64,000 nucleotides of DNA from Escherichia phage E26, in sequence record MN655998.1; one strand, 5' to 3'. A program made the position numbers and the translations under genes. The notes beneath the pieces were generated by a model. The model saw nothing but the letters and a program-made list of their open reading frames with translations, ran no database searches and had not been told where the DNA came from. This document shows, piece after piece, positions 34,486 to 43,486 of the stretch (its first letter is position 1; the number at the start of each line of letters is the position of its first letter).

Positions 34486-36729
34486 TTACAGCTTGCAAGA
34501 TGAGCACTCGCTAGCGTCTTCCGTACCATCTGCACCATCACGCACGTTAGCGTAATACAGTGTCTTGAGGCCGTAATATTGAGCAAACAACATATCATCT
34601 AATACATCAGCAATATCGACTTTACCAGTCTTATAAGTGCTTGGATCGTAGGATGTGTTGGAACTAATCGCCTGATCTACAAACTTCTGCATGATCGCTG
34701 CCAGTGTCAGATAAGGCTTGTTACCTTTCTTGATCAGTGTCCAAAGCAGGTCAATAACATCAGCATTATTCTCTACGTTCGGAATAACCTGATTAAATTG
34801 CCCTTCTTTCGATCCTTTAACCGATACAATCCCGCGAGGCGGTTCAATACCGTTTGTGCTGTTAGACACCTGAGAAGACGACTCACAAGGCATCAGAGCC
34901 GAAAGCGTACTGTTACGAATGCCATATTTTTTCAGGTCTTCGCGCAGTTCTTCCCAATCCATCTCATACACCGGATCAACCAGTTCATCTACTGTCTTTT
35001 TGTACCAGTCAATAGGAAGTTCACCGCGACCATAACGTGTTTCGTGCATCAGTTCGCAAGCGCCCTTCTCTTTAGCCAGTTGCACACTAGCTTTAATCAG
35101 AGCATATTGCAAGCGTTCAAACGTTTTATGCGTAAACTCGTTAGCGTCTTCATATGTGAAGAAATTATCCGCAAGATATGATGCAAAGTTAGTCACGCCA
35201 ACACCCAGAGAGCGACGTTTTTTGGCTGTCAGAGCTTGTTCTACTGGATAATCCTGGTAATCTAACAAGTTGTCAAGCGCACGCACCATAACCATAGCAA
35301 TGCGTTCTACTTCTTCCATGTTTTCGATATCGAAATTACCTAAAACATATGCTGCCAAAGTGCATAGACTGATCTCTGAATCATCACGACCCATCGGTTT
35401 TGTCGGCAGAGCAATTTCACAACACAGGTTAGATTGTTTAATCGGTGCTACATTACGAATAAACGCCCCGTGATTGTTCATGTTGTCTGTGAACGCTGGA
35501 TAGATTCGACCAGTGTTAAAACGTTCAATTGCCACCGCTAAAAACAGGTCTTCGGCTTTAACACGAGTTTTACGAACACTCGGATCTTTTTCCAGTTTTT
35601 CGTAAAGCTGACGGAATCCTTCCTCATCTCGGAAGTACAGATCCCACAACAAGCCACCCGCAACATCTGGACTAAACAGAGTAATGTAATCCCGTTTAAG
35701 GAATCGCTCTACCATCAGGTTATTAATCTGTACGCCGTAATCAAGATGACGAATGCGGTTATCTTCTACCCCTTTGTTGTTCTTCAACACAATAAGACTT
35801 TCAAACTCTAAATGCCACATTGGGTAATAGAGAGTCGCCGCTCCGCCACGAATACCGCCTTGCGAGCATGACTTAACAGCAGTCTGAAAATGTTTCCAGA
35901 ATGGGATAACGCCAGTATGACGAACTTCACCATGTCCGATCTTAGATCCTTCCGCGCGAATCATACCAGCATTGATACCGATACCAGCACGCTTACTAAT
36001 ATACTTGATGATTGCATTTGCTGTTTCATTGATGCCCTGCAATGAGTCATCACTTTCAATCACCACACACGAACTAAATTGTCGTGTTGGAGTACGCACA
36101 CCCGCCATAATCGGAGTAGGCAGAGAAATTTGCTTATTCGCAACAGCATTATAAAAATCAATCACATGTTCAAGTCGATTTTCTGTCTCTTCTTGATGTA
36201 AGCACATACCGATCAGCATATAAGCAAATTGCGGTGTTTCAATGATTTTCTTAGTGCTGCGATCCTGAACAAGATATTTCTCTTTTAACTGCATCGCACC
36301 AGCGTAGGTCATTTTAAAATCAAGTTTATGATCGATGAATTTCTCCAGATATTCCACTTCTTCACGGGAATACTTTTGCAGAATTTCGCGATCATATTTT
36401 CCGGTTGCAATATTACGCTCAATATGGCTATAAAAATCAATCGGTTGGAATTGACCGTATACTGATTTACGAAGCGCGAACATTGCAAGGTTACTTGCTA
36501 CATATTGATAATCAGGTGTTTCTACAGTAATGTTATCTGCGGCGACCTTAATCAATACTTTCTGGATATCATTGGTAGACATACCTTCTGTCAGAAGTGG
36601 TTCAACCATATCAAACAATTCATATGGATCAACGTTATGACCTTCGGCTGCCGCTTCCAGAATTTTCATTACTTTTTCTTTTTCAAACGGAACAGTCAGA
36701 CCGGAAGACTTAACAACATTTTTAATCAT
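34486..36729 (-). CDS. nrdA: ribonucleotide reductase large (alpha) subunit
   Basis: 747 aa; N-terminal ATP-cone, catalytic Cys motifs, C-terminal CxxC tail. Confidence 0.9.
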   Translation of the reverse strand: MIKNVVKSSGLTVPFEKEKVMKILEAAAEGHNVDPYELFDMVEPLLTEGMSTNDIQKVLIKVAADNITVETPDYQYVASNLAMFALRKSVYGQFQPIDFYSHIERNIATGKYDREILQKYSREEVEYLEKFIDHKLDFKMTYAGAMQLKEKYLVQDRSTKKIIETPQFAYMLIGMCLHQEETENRLEHVIDFYNAVANKQISLPTPIMAGVRTPTRQFSSCVVIESDDSLQGINETANAIIKYISKRAGIGINAGMIRAEGSKIGHGEVRHTGVIPFWKHFQTAVKSCSQGGIRGGAATLYYPMWHLEFESLIVLKNNKGVEDNRIRHLDYGVQINNLMVERFLKRDYITLFSPDVAGGLLWDLYFRDEEGFRQLYEKLEKDPSVRKTRVKAEDLFLAVAIERFNTGRIYPAFTDNMNNHGAFIRNVAPIKQSNLCCEIALPTKPMGRDDSEISLCTLAAYVLGNFDIENMEEVERIAMVMVRALDNLLDYQDYPVEQALTAKKRRSLGVGVTNFASYLADNFFTYEDANEFTHKTFERLQYALIKASVQLAKEKGACELMHETRYGRGELPIDWYKKTVDELVDPVYEMDWEELREDLKKYGIRNSTLSALMPCESSSQVSNSTNGIEPPRGIVSVKGSKEGQFNQVIPNVENNADVIDLLWTLIKKGNKPYLTLAAIMQKFVDQAISSNTSYDPSTYKTGKVDIADVLDDMLFAQYYGLKTLYYANVRDGADGTEDASECSSCKL

Positions 36730-36740
36730 ATTACCTCACT

Positions 36741-37043
36741 TCATATATCAAGCGTATTTTCTGGAGTATCGCCGAAAACTCTATTAACGAGATCCGCCAA
36801 TACTTCACCGTGGCATTTCTTAGGGTAGCAAGTACAACCTAAGCGCATATGTCTTAATACTTCTAAATGCGCTCGTGTTATCTCACCATTTCGAATCTTA
36901 TTATACAACCACTCTTTGTATAATGCAATAGCTTTCTCGCGTCCGTATTCTTTGGCGGTGTATGGATTTCCCCACATAGTACCACGCTGAATATTAACAT
37001 CAAAATCGCTATTGTACTTGTTTACAACGCGGCATATTTTCAT
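36741..37043 (-). CDS. DUF4326-like protein with C-terminal ...ENTLDI tail
   Basis: WGNPYT ... LGCTCYPKKCHGEVL pattern; C-terminal motif shared with gp33-like protein. Confidence 0.4.
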   Translation of the reverse strand: MKICRVVNKYNSDFDVNIQRGTMWGNPYTAKEYGREKAIALYKEWLYNKIRNGEITRAHLEVLRHMRLGCTCYPKKCHGEVLADLVNRVFGDTPENTLDI

Positions 37044-37078
37044 TTGATACTCCTGGCGGGGATTTCTCCCCGCCTTTG

Positions 37079-38299
37079 TTAGACTGCCATTTGAGCGGTG
37101 ATCGCTGGATGGCTTTGATAGTTGTGAATTTTAAAGTCTTTCGGAGTTTTTGTCAATACCTCCTCTAAAGATTTAAATTCCGGCAACTCAATTGTTGGTT
37201 TATCAAACGGAACACGGTTTAATTGCTCCATAACTTGATCAAAATGGTTTTTGTAAATGTGAGTATCTCCACCAGAGAAAATCAGTTCTCCTACCTCAAG
37301 ATCACACATTTTCGCTATGATGTGAGTTAACAGCGCATAGCTGGCGACGTTAAAGGGCAAGCCCAAAAAGCTGTCTACGCTTCGCTGAAACCACATACAA
37401 GACAGTTTACCTTCATTGACGTAGAATTGCACGAAAGGATGACATACACCTAATACAGCATTATGTGTTCCTTGTACGTTCCATGAGTCAATAATGATCC
37501 GGCGATCCGTTGGATTGTTTTTAATTTGTTCAATCACGTTTTGTAACTGGTCTTCCCAAATCTTCGGGCGATAGACATATTCTTCATCGTCTTTAGTGCT
37601 TGATGTGTCTACGTCCATACTAACAAACATCGTGGTATCCGGTGCTAAAATGTCGCCACCCAGATAATCACTATCAAGCAGATAATCGAAATAACCACTA
37701 TCTACCCATTCCTGGAATCCCCACAAGCAATATGCATCATTAACAAAATTAGATTGAGTCTTCCAGTGGTCTGCTACCAGAATACAATCAAACTCTTCAT
37801 AAATCATACCACGCCAGATAGCACATAAACGGTCTTCTGTTTCATTGGTTGGCGTAAAGTCTTCTACCCACGGGTGTTTAAATGTATGTGTATATTTGCT
37901 CTTAACACGCTTAATTTTGATCTCACCGTGTGGATGAATCGGTTTGCGTCGCCATGCCATGCCATACATATTCCCAACATTATAACCATTGAATCGCAAA
38001 GGATTCTTTTCTTTCATATCAAGACAGTTGCCGCGCCAAATGTCGAAGGCTTCTTCGTCAAACTTACCGCGTGTAATTTCCTGTAAGCGACGGCGGTCAA
38101 GTGATCCCTCCATAAACCATAGCAATTCGCCAATTACAGAGGCTGTAGCCATCTTTTTAGTGGTAAGTAAGGGGAAACCCTTGCTTAAGTCAATTCGCAT
38201 TTCTGTACCGAATTTAGAGAGCGTACCTACCCCAGTTCGGTCGTCACGAGGCCAACCATTATCAAGAACATCACGCAATAGTTTCAAATATTCTTTCAT
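37079..38299 (-). CDS. td: thymidylate synthase with ~110-aa internal insertion
   Basis: ThyA motifs DDRTGVGT, ELLWF, PTDRRIIIDSWN, CHPFVQFYV, DSFLGLPFNVASYALL; uninterrupted 406-aa ORF. Confidence 0.8.
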   Translation of the reverse strand: MKEYLKLLRDVLDNGWPRDDRTGVGTLSKFGTEMRIDLSKGFPLLTTKKMATASVIGELLWFMEGSLDRRRLQEITRGKFDEEAFDIWRGNCLDMKEKNPLRFNGYNVGNMYGMAWRRKPIHPHGEIKIKRVKSKYTHTFKHPWVEDFTPTNETEDRLCAIWRGMIYEEFDCILVADHWKTQSNFVNDAYCLWGFQEWVDSGYFDYLLDSDYLGGDILAPDTTMFVSMDVDTSSTKDDEEYVYRPKIWEDQLQNVIEQIKNNPTDRRIIIDSWNVQGTHNAVLGVCHPFVQFYVNEGKLSCMWFQRSVDSFLGLPFNVASYALLTHIIAKMCDLEVGELIFSGGDTHIYKNHFDQVMEQLNRVPFDKPTIELPEFKSLEEVLTKTPKDFKIHNYQSHPAITAQMAV

Positions 38300-38633
38300 C
38301 CCACATCACCTTTTTCTTGTTGATTGCTTTCTTACGCAGTTTTGCTACTGTCTCGTCAATATCGATAAAGACAACGCCACGGTCGAATACAGTTGCAGGT
38401 CTTGAGATATCGCTATTTTCTTGCACAGGAAGCCATGATGCGCTCGCTTCATCATAGAGATATTGTAAACCGTAATAATCTACGGCTACTGCGTAGTTTT
38501 CACTGGTAGCTGACCATAATTGAATAATACCGACTTTCATTATTGTTCCCGTCCGCAATGTAAGCACCGGACTACCAGCAAACATCAAAGATTCACCACA
38601 ATGTTTGCACTCATAATCTGTCAGAATTTTCAT
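38271..38633 (-). CDS. hypothetical protein (120 aa)
   Basis: ORF track. Confidence 0.4.
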   Translation of the reverse strand: MKILTDYECKHCGESLMFAGSPVLTLRTGTIMKVGIIQLWSATSENYAVAVDYYGLQYLYDEASASWLPVQENSDISRPATVFDRGVVFIDIDETVAKLRKKAINKKKVMWDERIFETIA

Positions 38634-38634
38634 G

Positions 38635-39216
38635 TTACGCCTTCTTACGTTCTAAAATTTGTTCGCTGATCAGGTAATCATCAAGGAAGTAATTATGTTC
38701 TTCTTTTGTTGCAAAGTCAAAATATAATTCCTGAATCATTTCCTTAGAGATACCAACATCATATTCAAATGGATCGTTGATCCCTGAACGTTGAACATAC
38801 GTTAACACAATACGGTCCGCAAAGTCAACTGCTTTTTCAATCAGGGAAGGTCCACCGATAACGCTTACCATACCTTGCAATTTCTCTATGACTTCCAATA
38901 AATCCTTCAAACCACCATCATTAGTAATCGCGGTATACACATCAGGATGTTCGCCGTTTTTTGCTTTCGGTGCTGGCTTACTGGTATCGGTGCTAACAAC
39001 CACATTCACACGACCTTCCAGTGCTTTAGGGAGACTTTCAAAGGTATTACGTCCCATTACAACCGCCGCAAGATCAACATCTCCCATAGTGCGCATTTTA
39101 AAGTTTTCCATGTCCTTTTTGATTGGACGTCCCCACGGTAAGCCGCCTTTAAAACCAAACGCCCAATTTTCATCCGACATTTTAGTGTCACCAATCGCAA
39201 ATACACATTGAATCAT
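38635..39216 (-). CDS. frd: dihydrofolate reductase (start at MIQCVFAIG)
   Basis: FGFKGGLPW, GRNTFESLP, VIGGPSL DHFR motifs. Confidence 0.8.
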   Translation of the reverse strand: MIQCVFAIGDTKMSDENWAFGFKGGLPWGRPIKKDMENFKMRTMGDVDLAAVVMGRNTFESLPKALEGRVNVVVSTDTSKPAPKAKNGEHPDVYTAITNDGGLKDLLEVIEKLQGMVSVIGGPSLIEKAVDFADRIVLTYVQRSGINDPFEYDVGISKEMIQELYFDFATKEEHNYFLDDYLISEQILERKKA

Positions 39217-39230
39217 AATATAATCTCCTG

Positions 39231-39560
39231 TCAAATCAGTTTAAAGAAGTTTTCGTTTACATTTTCTTCGGTGATTGCTGTCTTAAATTCTTGACCGTTA
39301 TCCGGTGTGATGAAATAACGGTCAGAATAATCACGAAAACGTTTTAAGTGAGATAACCCAACATTAACACCATTTTCCCAAAAACGAAAGGTAATCATTT
39401 TTGGTTCATATCGATAGTCGCTGGTTAACACAGTACCATCACCGCGACGGGCTTCATAAACCGTAATACATTCACGATTAGCGGCTTTAAGGCATTCTTC
39501 AATAGTGCCACACGAGATAATACTTACTTTTTCATCTACGATTTGCTCTACAGTCCACAT
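39231..39560 (-). CDS. hypothetical protein (109 aa)
   Basis: ORF track. Confidence 0.45.
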   Translation of the reverse strand: MWTVEQIVDEKVSIISCGTIEECLKAANRECITVYEARRGDGTVLTSDYRYEPKMITFRFWENGVNVGLSHLKRFRDYSDRYFITPDNGQEFKTAITEENVNENFFKLI

Positions 39561-39615
39561 AATATAATCCTCTCTTCGTTTCGATGTTTGTATTATACAT
39601 CATCTGTGTTCGGCG

Positions 39616-39945
39616 TCAACCTTTTTGTTCCATGAAAAGCGGTGCTGTTTCTTCTTTCAGTTTAATAACTAGCGCGGAAACTTCATCAAGAAAATCTTTT
39701 TCCATATGAGCAAGCATTGATTTAGAATCTTTGATGACTTTCAAAGAATATTCACTTAGATTTCCGTTTCCTAACAATAATGCAGGATACACACTATGTG
39801 GGATCTCGATTTCATGATATTCGCTCATAGTATAATATTTGTGAATTTTTAAATCTATATTTCTTCGTTGTACGTCCACATCAGCAATGACATACAGAAG
39901 TTCGATTTTATCGCTTTTCTGGGAAAGGGTAGCATTCAAAAACAT
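39616..39945 (-). CDS. hypothetical protein (109 aa)
   Basis: ORF track; RBS GGAGGAT. Confidence 0.45.
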   Translation of the reverse strand: MFLNATLSQKSDKIELLYVIADVDVQRRNIDLKIHKYYTMSEYHEIEIPHSVYPALLLGNGNLSEYSLKVIKDSKSMLAHMEKDFLDEVSALVIKLKEETAPLFMEQKG

Positions 39946-39974
39946 TGTTAATCCTCCATTGTTTCGATGTGTGC

Positions 39975-40002
39975 ATTATACATTACCACATAAGCATGTC
40001 AA
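39975..40002 (-). promoter_or_regulatory. early promoter (TTGACA-16-TATAAT)
   Basis: Consensus hexamers upstream of 39616 gene. Confidence 0.5.
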
Positions 40003-40025
40003 CATCTTTTCATAAATTTTTAGGC

Positions 40026-40056
40026 AATAAAAAAGCCTCCCCGAAGGAAGGCTTTA
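40026..40056 (-). terminator. intrinsic terminator downstream of gene 32 (stem AGCCTTCC/GGAGGCT, T-run)
   Basis: Hairpin followed by TTTTTTATT on minus strand. Confidence 0.55.
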
Positions 40057-40063
40057 AAATTCA

Positions 40064-41038
40064 TTACATCCCTAACAGAGCGTCAAGATCATCCAGATCA
40101 GAAGCGGAGGAAGTACCGCCACCCAGGTCCAGAGATGCCATCAGGTCATCAGCGGAAGAATCTAACGCCGTGCTAGCTGCGTTAATACCAACTACAGTGC
40201 TAGCTGCGGTCATACCAGAATCGAATGCATTCATCTGTGCGTCAAAATCGTCAAGCTGGCTGTTAATCGCTGCCGCAGCACTGGAAGCCGCAGCACCAGC
40301 TACCATAGAAACGCCCATAGTTTTCTTAAATTTGGTTTCCAGTTCATCGAACGGTTTAAACTGGCTAGGCGCTACAATCTCACTCAGATCAACCATGTTT
40401 TCCATCAGATATTTCTGATATGCTTCGTCTTCAATTTTCGGAAGCTGTGATTGCTGCATGAAACGAGAATCATCATAGTTCTGGTGTTTATCAACCTTCT
40501 TAGCTTTCAGGAGGAAGTTAGCACCGGAGAACACACAAGTTACATCTACCGGAACTTCGCCCATATCGGTATTCACGTTCACCATCGCAACGATCTTATC
40601 ATAAATTTTCTGACCGAAGCGGAATTTGAATACCTTACCTTCGTTTTCTGGTGCTTGAGGATCTTTCAGTACCAGAATATTTGCGTAGTAAGACGCTTTA
40701 CGTTTAATCAGTTGCCATTCGGTTTTATCGGTATTGTACAGATCTTTTTCGTTAATATATTTGCACACCGGGCAAGAATCAAAATCACCGTGGGTGCTGG
40801 AGCAGTTTTCCCAATACCATTTTCCATTAACTTTGAAGGAATGGTTTACCAGTTTCACAATCGGCAGACCGTCTTCTGTCTTAGACGGCAGGAAGCGAAT
40901 CAGGGCTTCACCGTTACCCGCTGCATCAGTCTTAATCTTCCACTCTTTCGGATCTTCTTTGGAGAAACCGTTGCCACCTTTCAGTGCGGCCAGTTGAGCT
41001 TGCAGTTTGGAGCTATCTTGACGTTTAAACATATTCAC
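40064..41038 (-). CDS. 32: single-stranded DNA-binding protein gp32
   Basis: 324 aa; IRFLPSK, NGKWY...CSSTHGD, CPVCKYI zinc motif, acidic C-terminal tail. Confidence 0.9.
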   Translation of the reverse strand: MNMFKRQDSSKLQAQLAALKGGNGFSKEDPKEWKIKTDAAGNGEALIRFLPSKTEDGLPIVKLVNHSFKVNGKWYWENCSSTHGDFDSCPVCKYINEKDLYNTDKTEWQLIKRKASYYANILVLKDPQAPENEGKVFKFRFGQKIYDKIVAMVNVNTDMGEVPVDVTCVFSGANFLLKAKKVDKHQNYDDSRFMQQSQLPKIEDEAYQKYLMENMVDLSEIVAPSQFKPFDELETKFKKTMGVSMVAGAAASSAAAAINSQLDDFDAQMNAFDSGMTAASTVVGINAASTALDSSADDLMASLDLGGGTSSASDLDDLDALLGM

Positions 41039-41085
41039 TATTCCTTCTTTTGATTAATTTACTAGACTATTATACAGATTTAAAT

Positions 41086-41679
41086 TTACTTGTCAAATAC
41101 TTTATTAATTATATCTAACAACTTTGGTTTTCTATTTTCAAATTCTAACATTTCTTCGGGAGAAATGTCAACTACTTCTGTTTTATGAAAGAAATCAGGA
41201 TCTATTGCATCGGCAACAAAGTTTCTAGCTAACGCAGCGGCCTTTTCGTAATCATAAAGACCTAGATACAAAAGTTTCCCTCTATCAACCTGAATACATG
41301 CTTTATATTTACCATCTCGTTTATAAAAACTTACTCCGATATACTCAGACGTCTTACCTTTTTGCTTTCCAACATTTCTTGAGTTTTGTTGGTCGGTCGC
41401 ATCTCTCAAGTTTTCAATCCGATTATCGGTTATAACTCTGTTTACATGGTCAACACATTTTGGCATATATCCATGATGCATGAAGAAAATTATTCTATGC
41501 TCTTTGTGCAATCGACCATCAAACTTAACTACTCTATATCCAGTTCTTGGATTTACATAGCCCGCTCTAGATCCGACTTTATGCTTTCGGTTTGTCGATA
41601 TCTTGCGAATCAGCTTACCGTTATCATATTTAAAGAGTTCATGACAACGAGCATACAATTCAGGGTCATATGTTTTCAC
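41086..41679 (-). CDS. HNH homing endonuclease with AP2-like DNA-binding domain
   Basis: HNH core DHVNRVITDNRIENL; YIGVSFYKRDGKYKA AP2-like; occupies the 32/59 junction where T4 carries segG. Confidence 0.65.
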   Translation of the reverse strand: MKTYDPELYARCHELFKYDNGKLIRKISTNRKHKVGSRAGYVNPRTGYRVVKFDGRLHKEHRIIFFMHHGYMPKCVDHVNRVITDNRIENLRDATDQQNSRNVGKQKGKTSEYIGVSFYKRDGKYKACIQVDRGKLLYLGLYDYEKAAALARNFVADAIDPDFFHKTEVVDISPEEMLEFENRKPKLLDIINKVFDK

Positions 41680-42343
41680 CTTTTAACCTCGATATTTCTT
41701 TACACTCTTTAACTACTTTAACAAATAATGCTCTTGCTTTTGCGGCGTCAATAACAAGTAGTTTCTTGTACGCCTTCATTTTAACACTATAAGTTTGCCA
41801 AATCAAGTCTTTGGCTACCTTGTCGTGTTCGTCGATTATATTTAGAAAGCTATCTAACAACATAAACGACTCAAACGATATAATCCGATTTTGCAGTAGT
41901 TTAAAGATACCGCTTGTTTCGGTTGCGGGATTGTATGTAATTAGCTCTTTAAGAGTAACCCCGCGTTTCTCGGAGAAGTATACCAGACTTTTAATGTCAT
42001 CGTCAAATCGTGTTGCTGCATCGGTTATCTTTCCTATGTATTCCATATAAAAGCCGTATGCGTCAACATCAGTGATTTCACCTACCCATGCATCGGTATT
42101 GGCTACCAGATTGCTTAGGAATAGGAAGTATAATTCTCTTAGATTGTACTTTTCCGCTAATTTTGCGAAATAATACTTATCTCTGCGTTTATTGAATGCG
42201 GCATCAGACAACCGCATCCTCCAATTGTATTTTACGCAATCATAACGCCCGTTCATATGAGCTTTCATCATGCAATATAACATATACACAGATTTAGCAT
42301 TAATTCGCATATCTGGATCTGGAGGAAGACGGTTTCTGATCAT
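41666..42343 (-). CDS. 59: helicase loader gp59
   Basis: 225 aa; KSVYMLYCMMKAHMNGRYD, YNWRMRLSDAAFNKRRDKYYF, IFKLLQNRIISFESFMLLDSFLNIID match T4 gp59. Confidence 0.85.
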   Translation of the reverse strand: MIRNRLPPDPDMRINAKSVYMLYCMMKAHMNGRYDCVKYNWRMRLSDAAFNKRRDKYYFAKLAEKYNLRELYFLFLSNLVANTDAWVGEITDVDAYGFYMEYIGKITDAATRFDDDIKSLVYFSEKRGVTLKELITYNPATETSGIFKLLQNRIISFESFMLLDSFLNIIDEHDKVAKDLIWQTYSVKMKAYKKLLVIDAAKARALFVKVVKECKEISRLKGENI

Positions 42344-42352
42344 ACATACCCC

Positions 42353-42622
42353 TTAAATATCGAGAGTGTTGGTCGGTTCGTCGATCACTCCCTTCCTGAG
42401 CGTTCTATTTACTATACATTCTTGTGTGATCTTGTCAATAATGGACACCGGAATATACTTCTGATAGTGACCATATTCTATAGAGTTTTCCTCTACAAAC
42501 TGAGTGGTCGCTTCAAGATAAGTCAATCCCTCTTCAACAACCAGTTTTTCGATTGCAAGACCGTTTGCTGTTTTGTTCGCGGCTTTTACCGCATGTTCAT
42601 TAAGCATTGAACACCCGATCAT
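42353..42622 (-). CDS. 33: gp33-like late transcription co-activator (position-based), C-terminal ...PTNTLDI tail
   Basis: Position 59-33-dsbA-rnh as in T4; C-terminal hydrophobic tail resembling clamp-binding motifs. Confidence 0.35.
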   Translation of the reverse strand: MIGCSMLNEHAVKAANKTANGLAIEKLVVEEGLTYLEATTQFVEENSIEYGHYQKYIPVSIIDKITQECIVNRTLRKGVIDEPTNTLDI

Positions 42623-42875
42623 AGAGTTCTACTGCTTCATCGCGTTCTGCTTCGAAGGTTTCGCGCTGTTGCTGGTGATACAGTTTAAACAGAATGCCCC
42701 ACATTTTACCATCTACGCCTAATTCTTCTTTAGCACGCTGTTTGATCTCTTTGATCTTATCGCCATATGCTTCTTGAATGGTTTTCTGATCGCTGGCTTC
42801 TTTAATCAGTTGTGCCAGGGTATTTCCGTGCACTGCTTCGTCAAATACTACTTTTTCTTTTTTCTGTTCAGTCAT
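42600..42875 (-). CDS. dsbA: DsbA-like dsDNA-binding protein (position-based)
   Basis: 91 aa, synteny only. Confidence 0.3.
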   Translation of the reverse strand: MTEQKKEKVVFDEAVHGNTLAQLIKEASDQKTIQEAYGDKIKEIKQRAKEELGVDGKMWGILFKLYHQQQRETFEAERDEAVELYDRVFNA

Positions 42876-42879
42876 AATA

Positions 42880-43476
42880 TTAACCCTCTTTAGTCATTAA
42901 TTGAAAACCACGTTCAGCTTTTGAAATTTCGCTAGGACTTAAATCGTCACCAACATATTCTAGCATCATTTCTCGGATAATGTCAAGTGCTTTTTCATCA
43001 CCTGATTTTAACTCGAACTCAAGTTCATAGTGAGCCTCTCCCATTCTTTCGCCGACTTTACAATAATAGAAAGTGTCTTTGCACATTTCCACTATAGCAC
43101 ACTCAAAGTCAAGTGTCAATGACTTGCGGTATGTCATTACTTGCAATAAAGGAACGATAAGGTCGGAGTTTACGCCTAGACTATCAACATAGTGATAGAA
43201 ATCATCCGTTGTTGAAAAAGTAATTTCTTCTCGGTTGAATAGTCCAGATTCACTATCACCTATTTTGACCATGATCAATGATCTGTTAACGTCAAGTCGA
43301 GCATAAATTCCTTTTCGACGCAGTGCATGATCTTCGGTATCATAATAAAATTCGTGTTTTAATATGTTATATCGATCGACGAGATTGTACCCGTCATACA
43401 TTGCTACCCACAAATCACAGATGGTTTCGACGCCAATTGGTGATTGTGCATAGTATTTTAATTCAAGTTCTTTCAT
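42880..43476 (-). CDS. CYTH / triphosphate-tunnel-metalloenzyme-like protein
   Basis: N-terminal ELELK (ExExK) box, central RRKGIYAR, C-terminal YELEFELK (ExExE); 198 aa; no counterpart at this locus in T4. Confidence 0.5.
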   Translation of the reverse strand: MKELELKYYAQSPIGVETICDLWVAMYDGYNLVDRYNILKHEFYYDTEDHALRRKGIYARLDVNRSLIMVKIGDSESGLFNREEITFSTTDDFYHYVDSLGVNSDLIVPLLQVMTYRKSLTLDFECAIVEMCKDTFYYCKVGERMGEAHYELEFELKSGDEKALDIIREMMLEYVGDDLSPSEISKAERGFQLMTKEG

Positions 43477-43486
43477 ATGTCAACCC

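Noticed and set aside
37055-37074. Promoter between td and the downstream DUF4326-like gene
   Set aside because: Hairpin GGCGGGGATTTCTCCCCGCC sits immediately upstream of the RBS without -35/-10 hexamers; more likely a terminator/attenuator or RNA-processing structure
37079-38299. Group I intron or intein inside td (T4 td carries an intron with I-TevI)
   Set aside because: The reading frame is continuous with no stop codons or intron-like structured non-coding stretch; the insert lacks intein hallmarks (N-terminal Cys/Ser, C-terminal His-Asn plus Cys/Ser/Thr) and LAGLIDADG/HNH/GIY-YIG motifs
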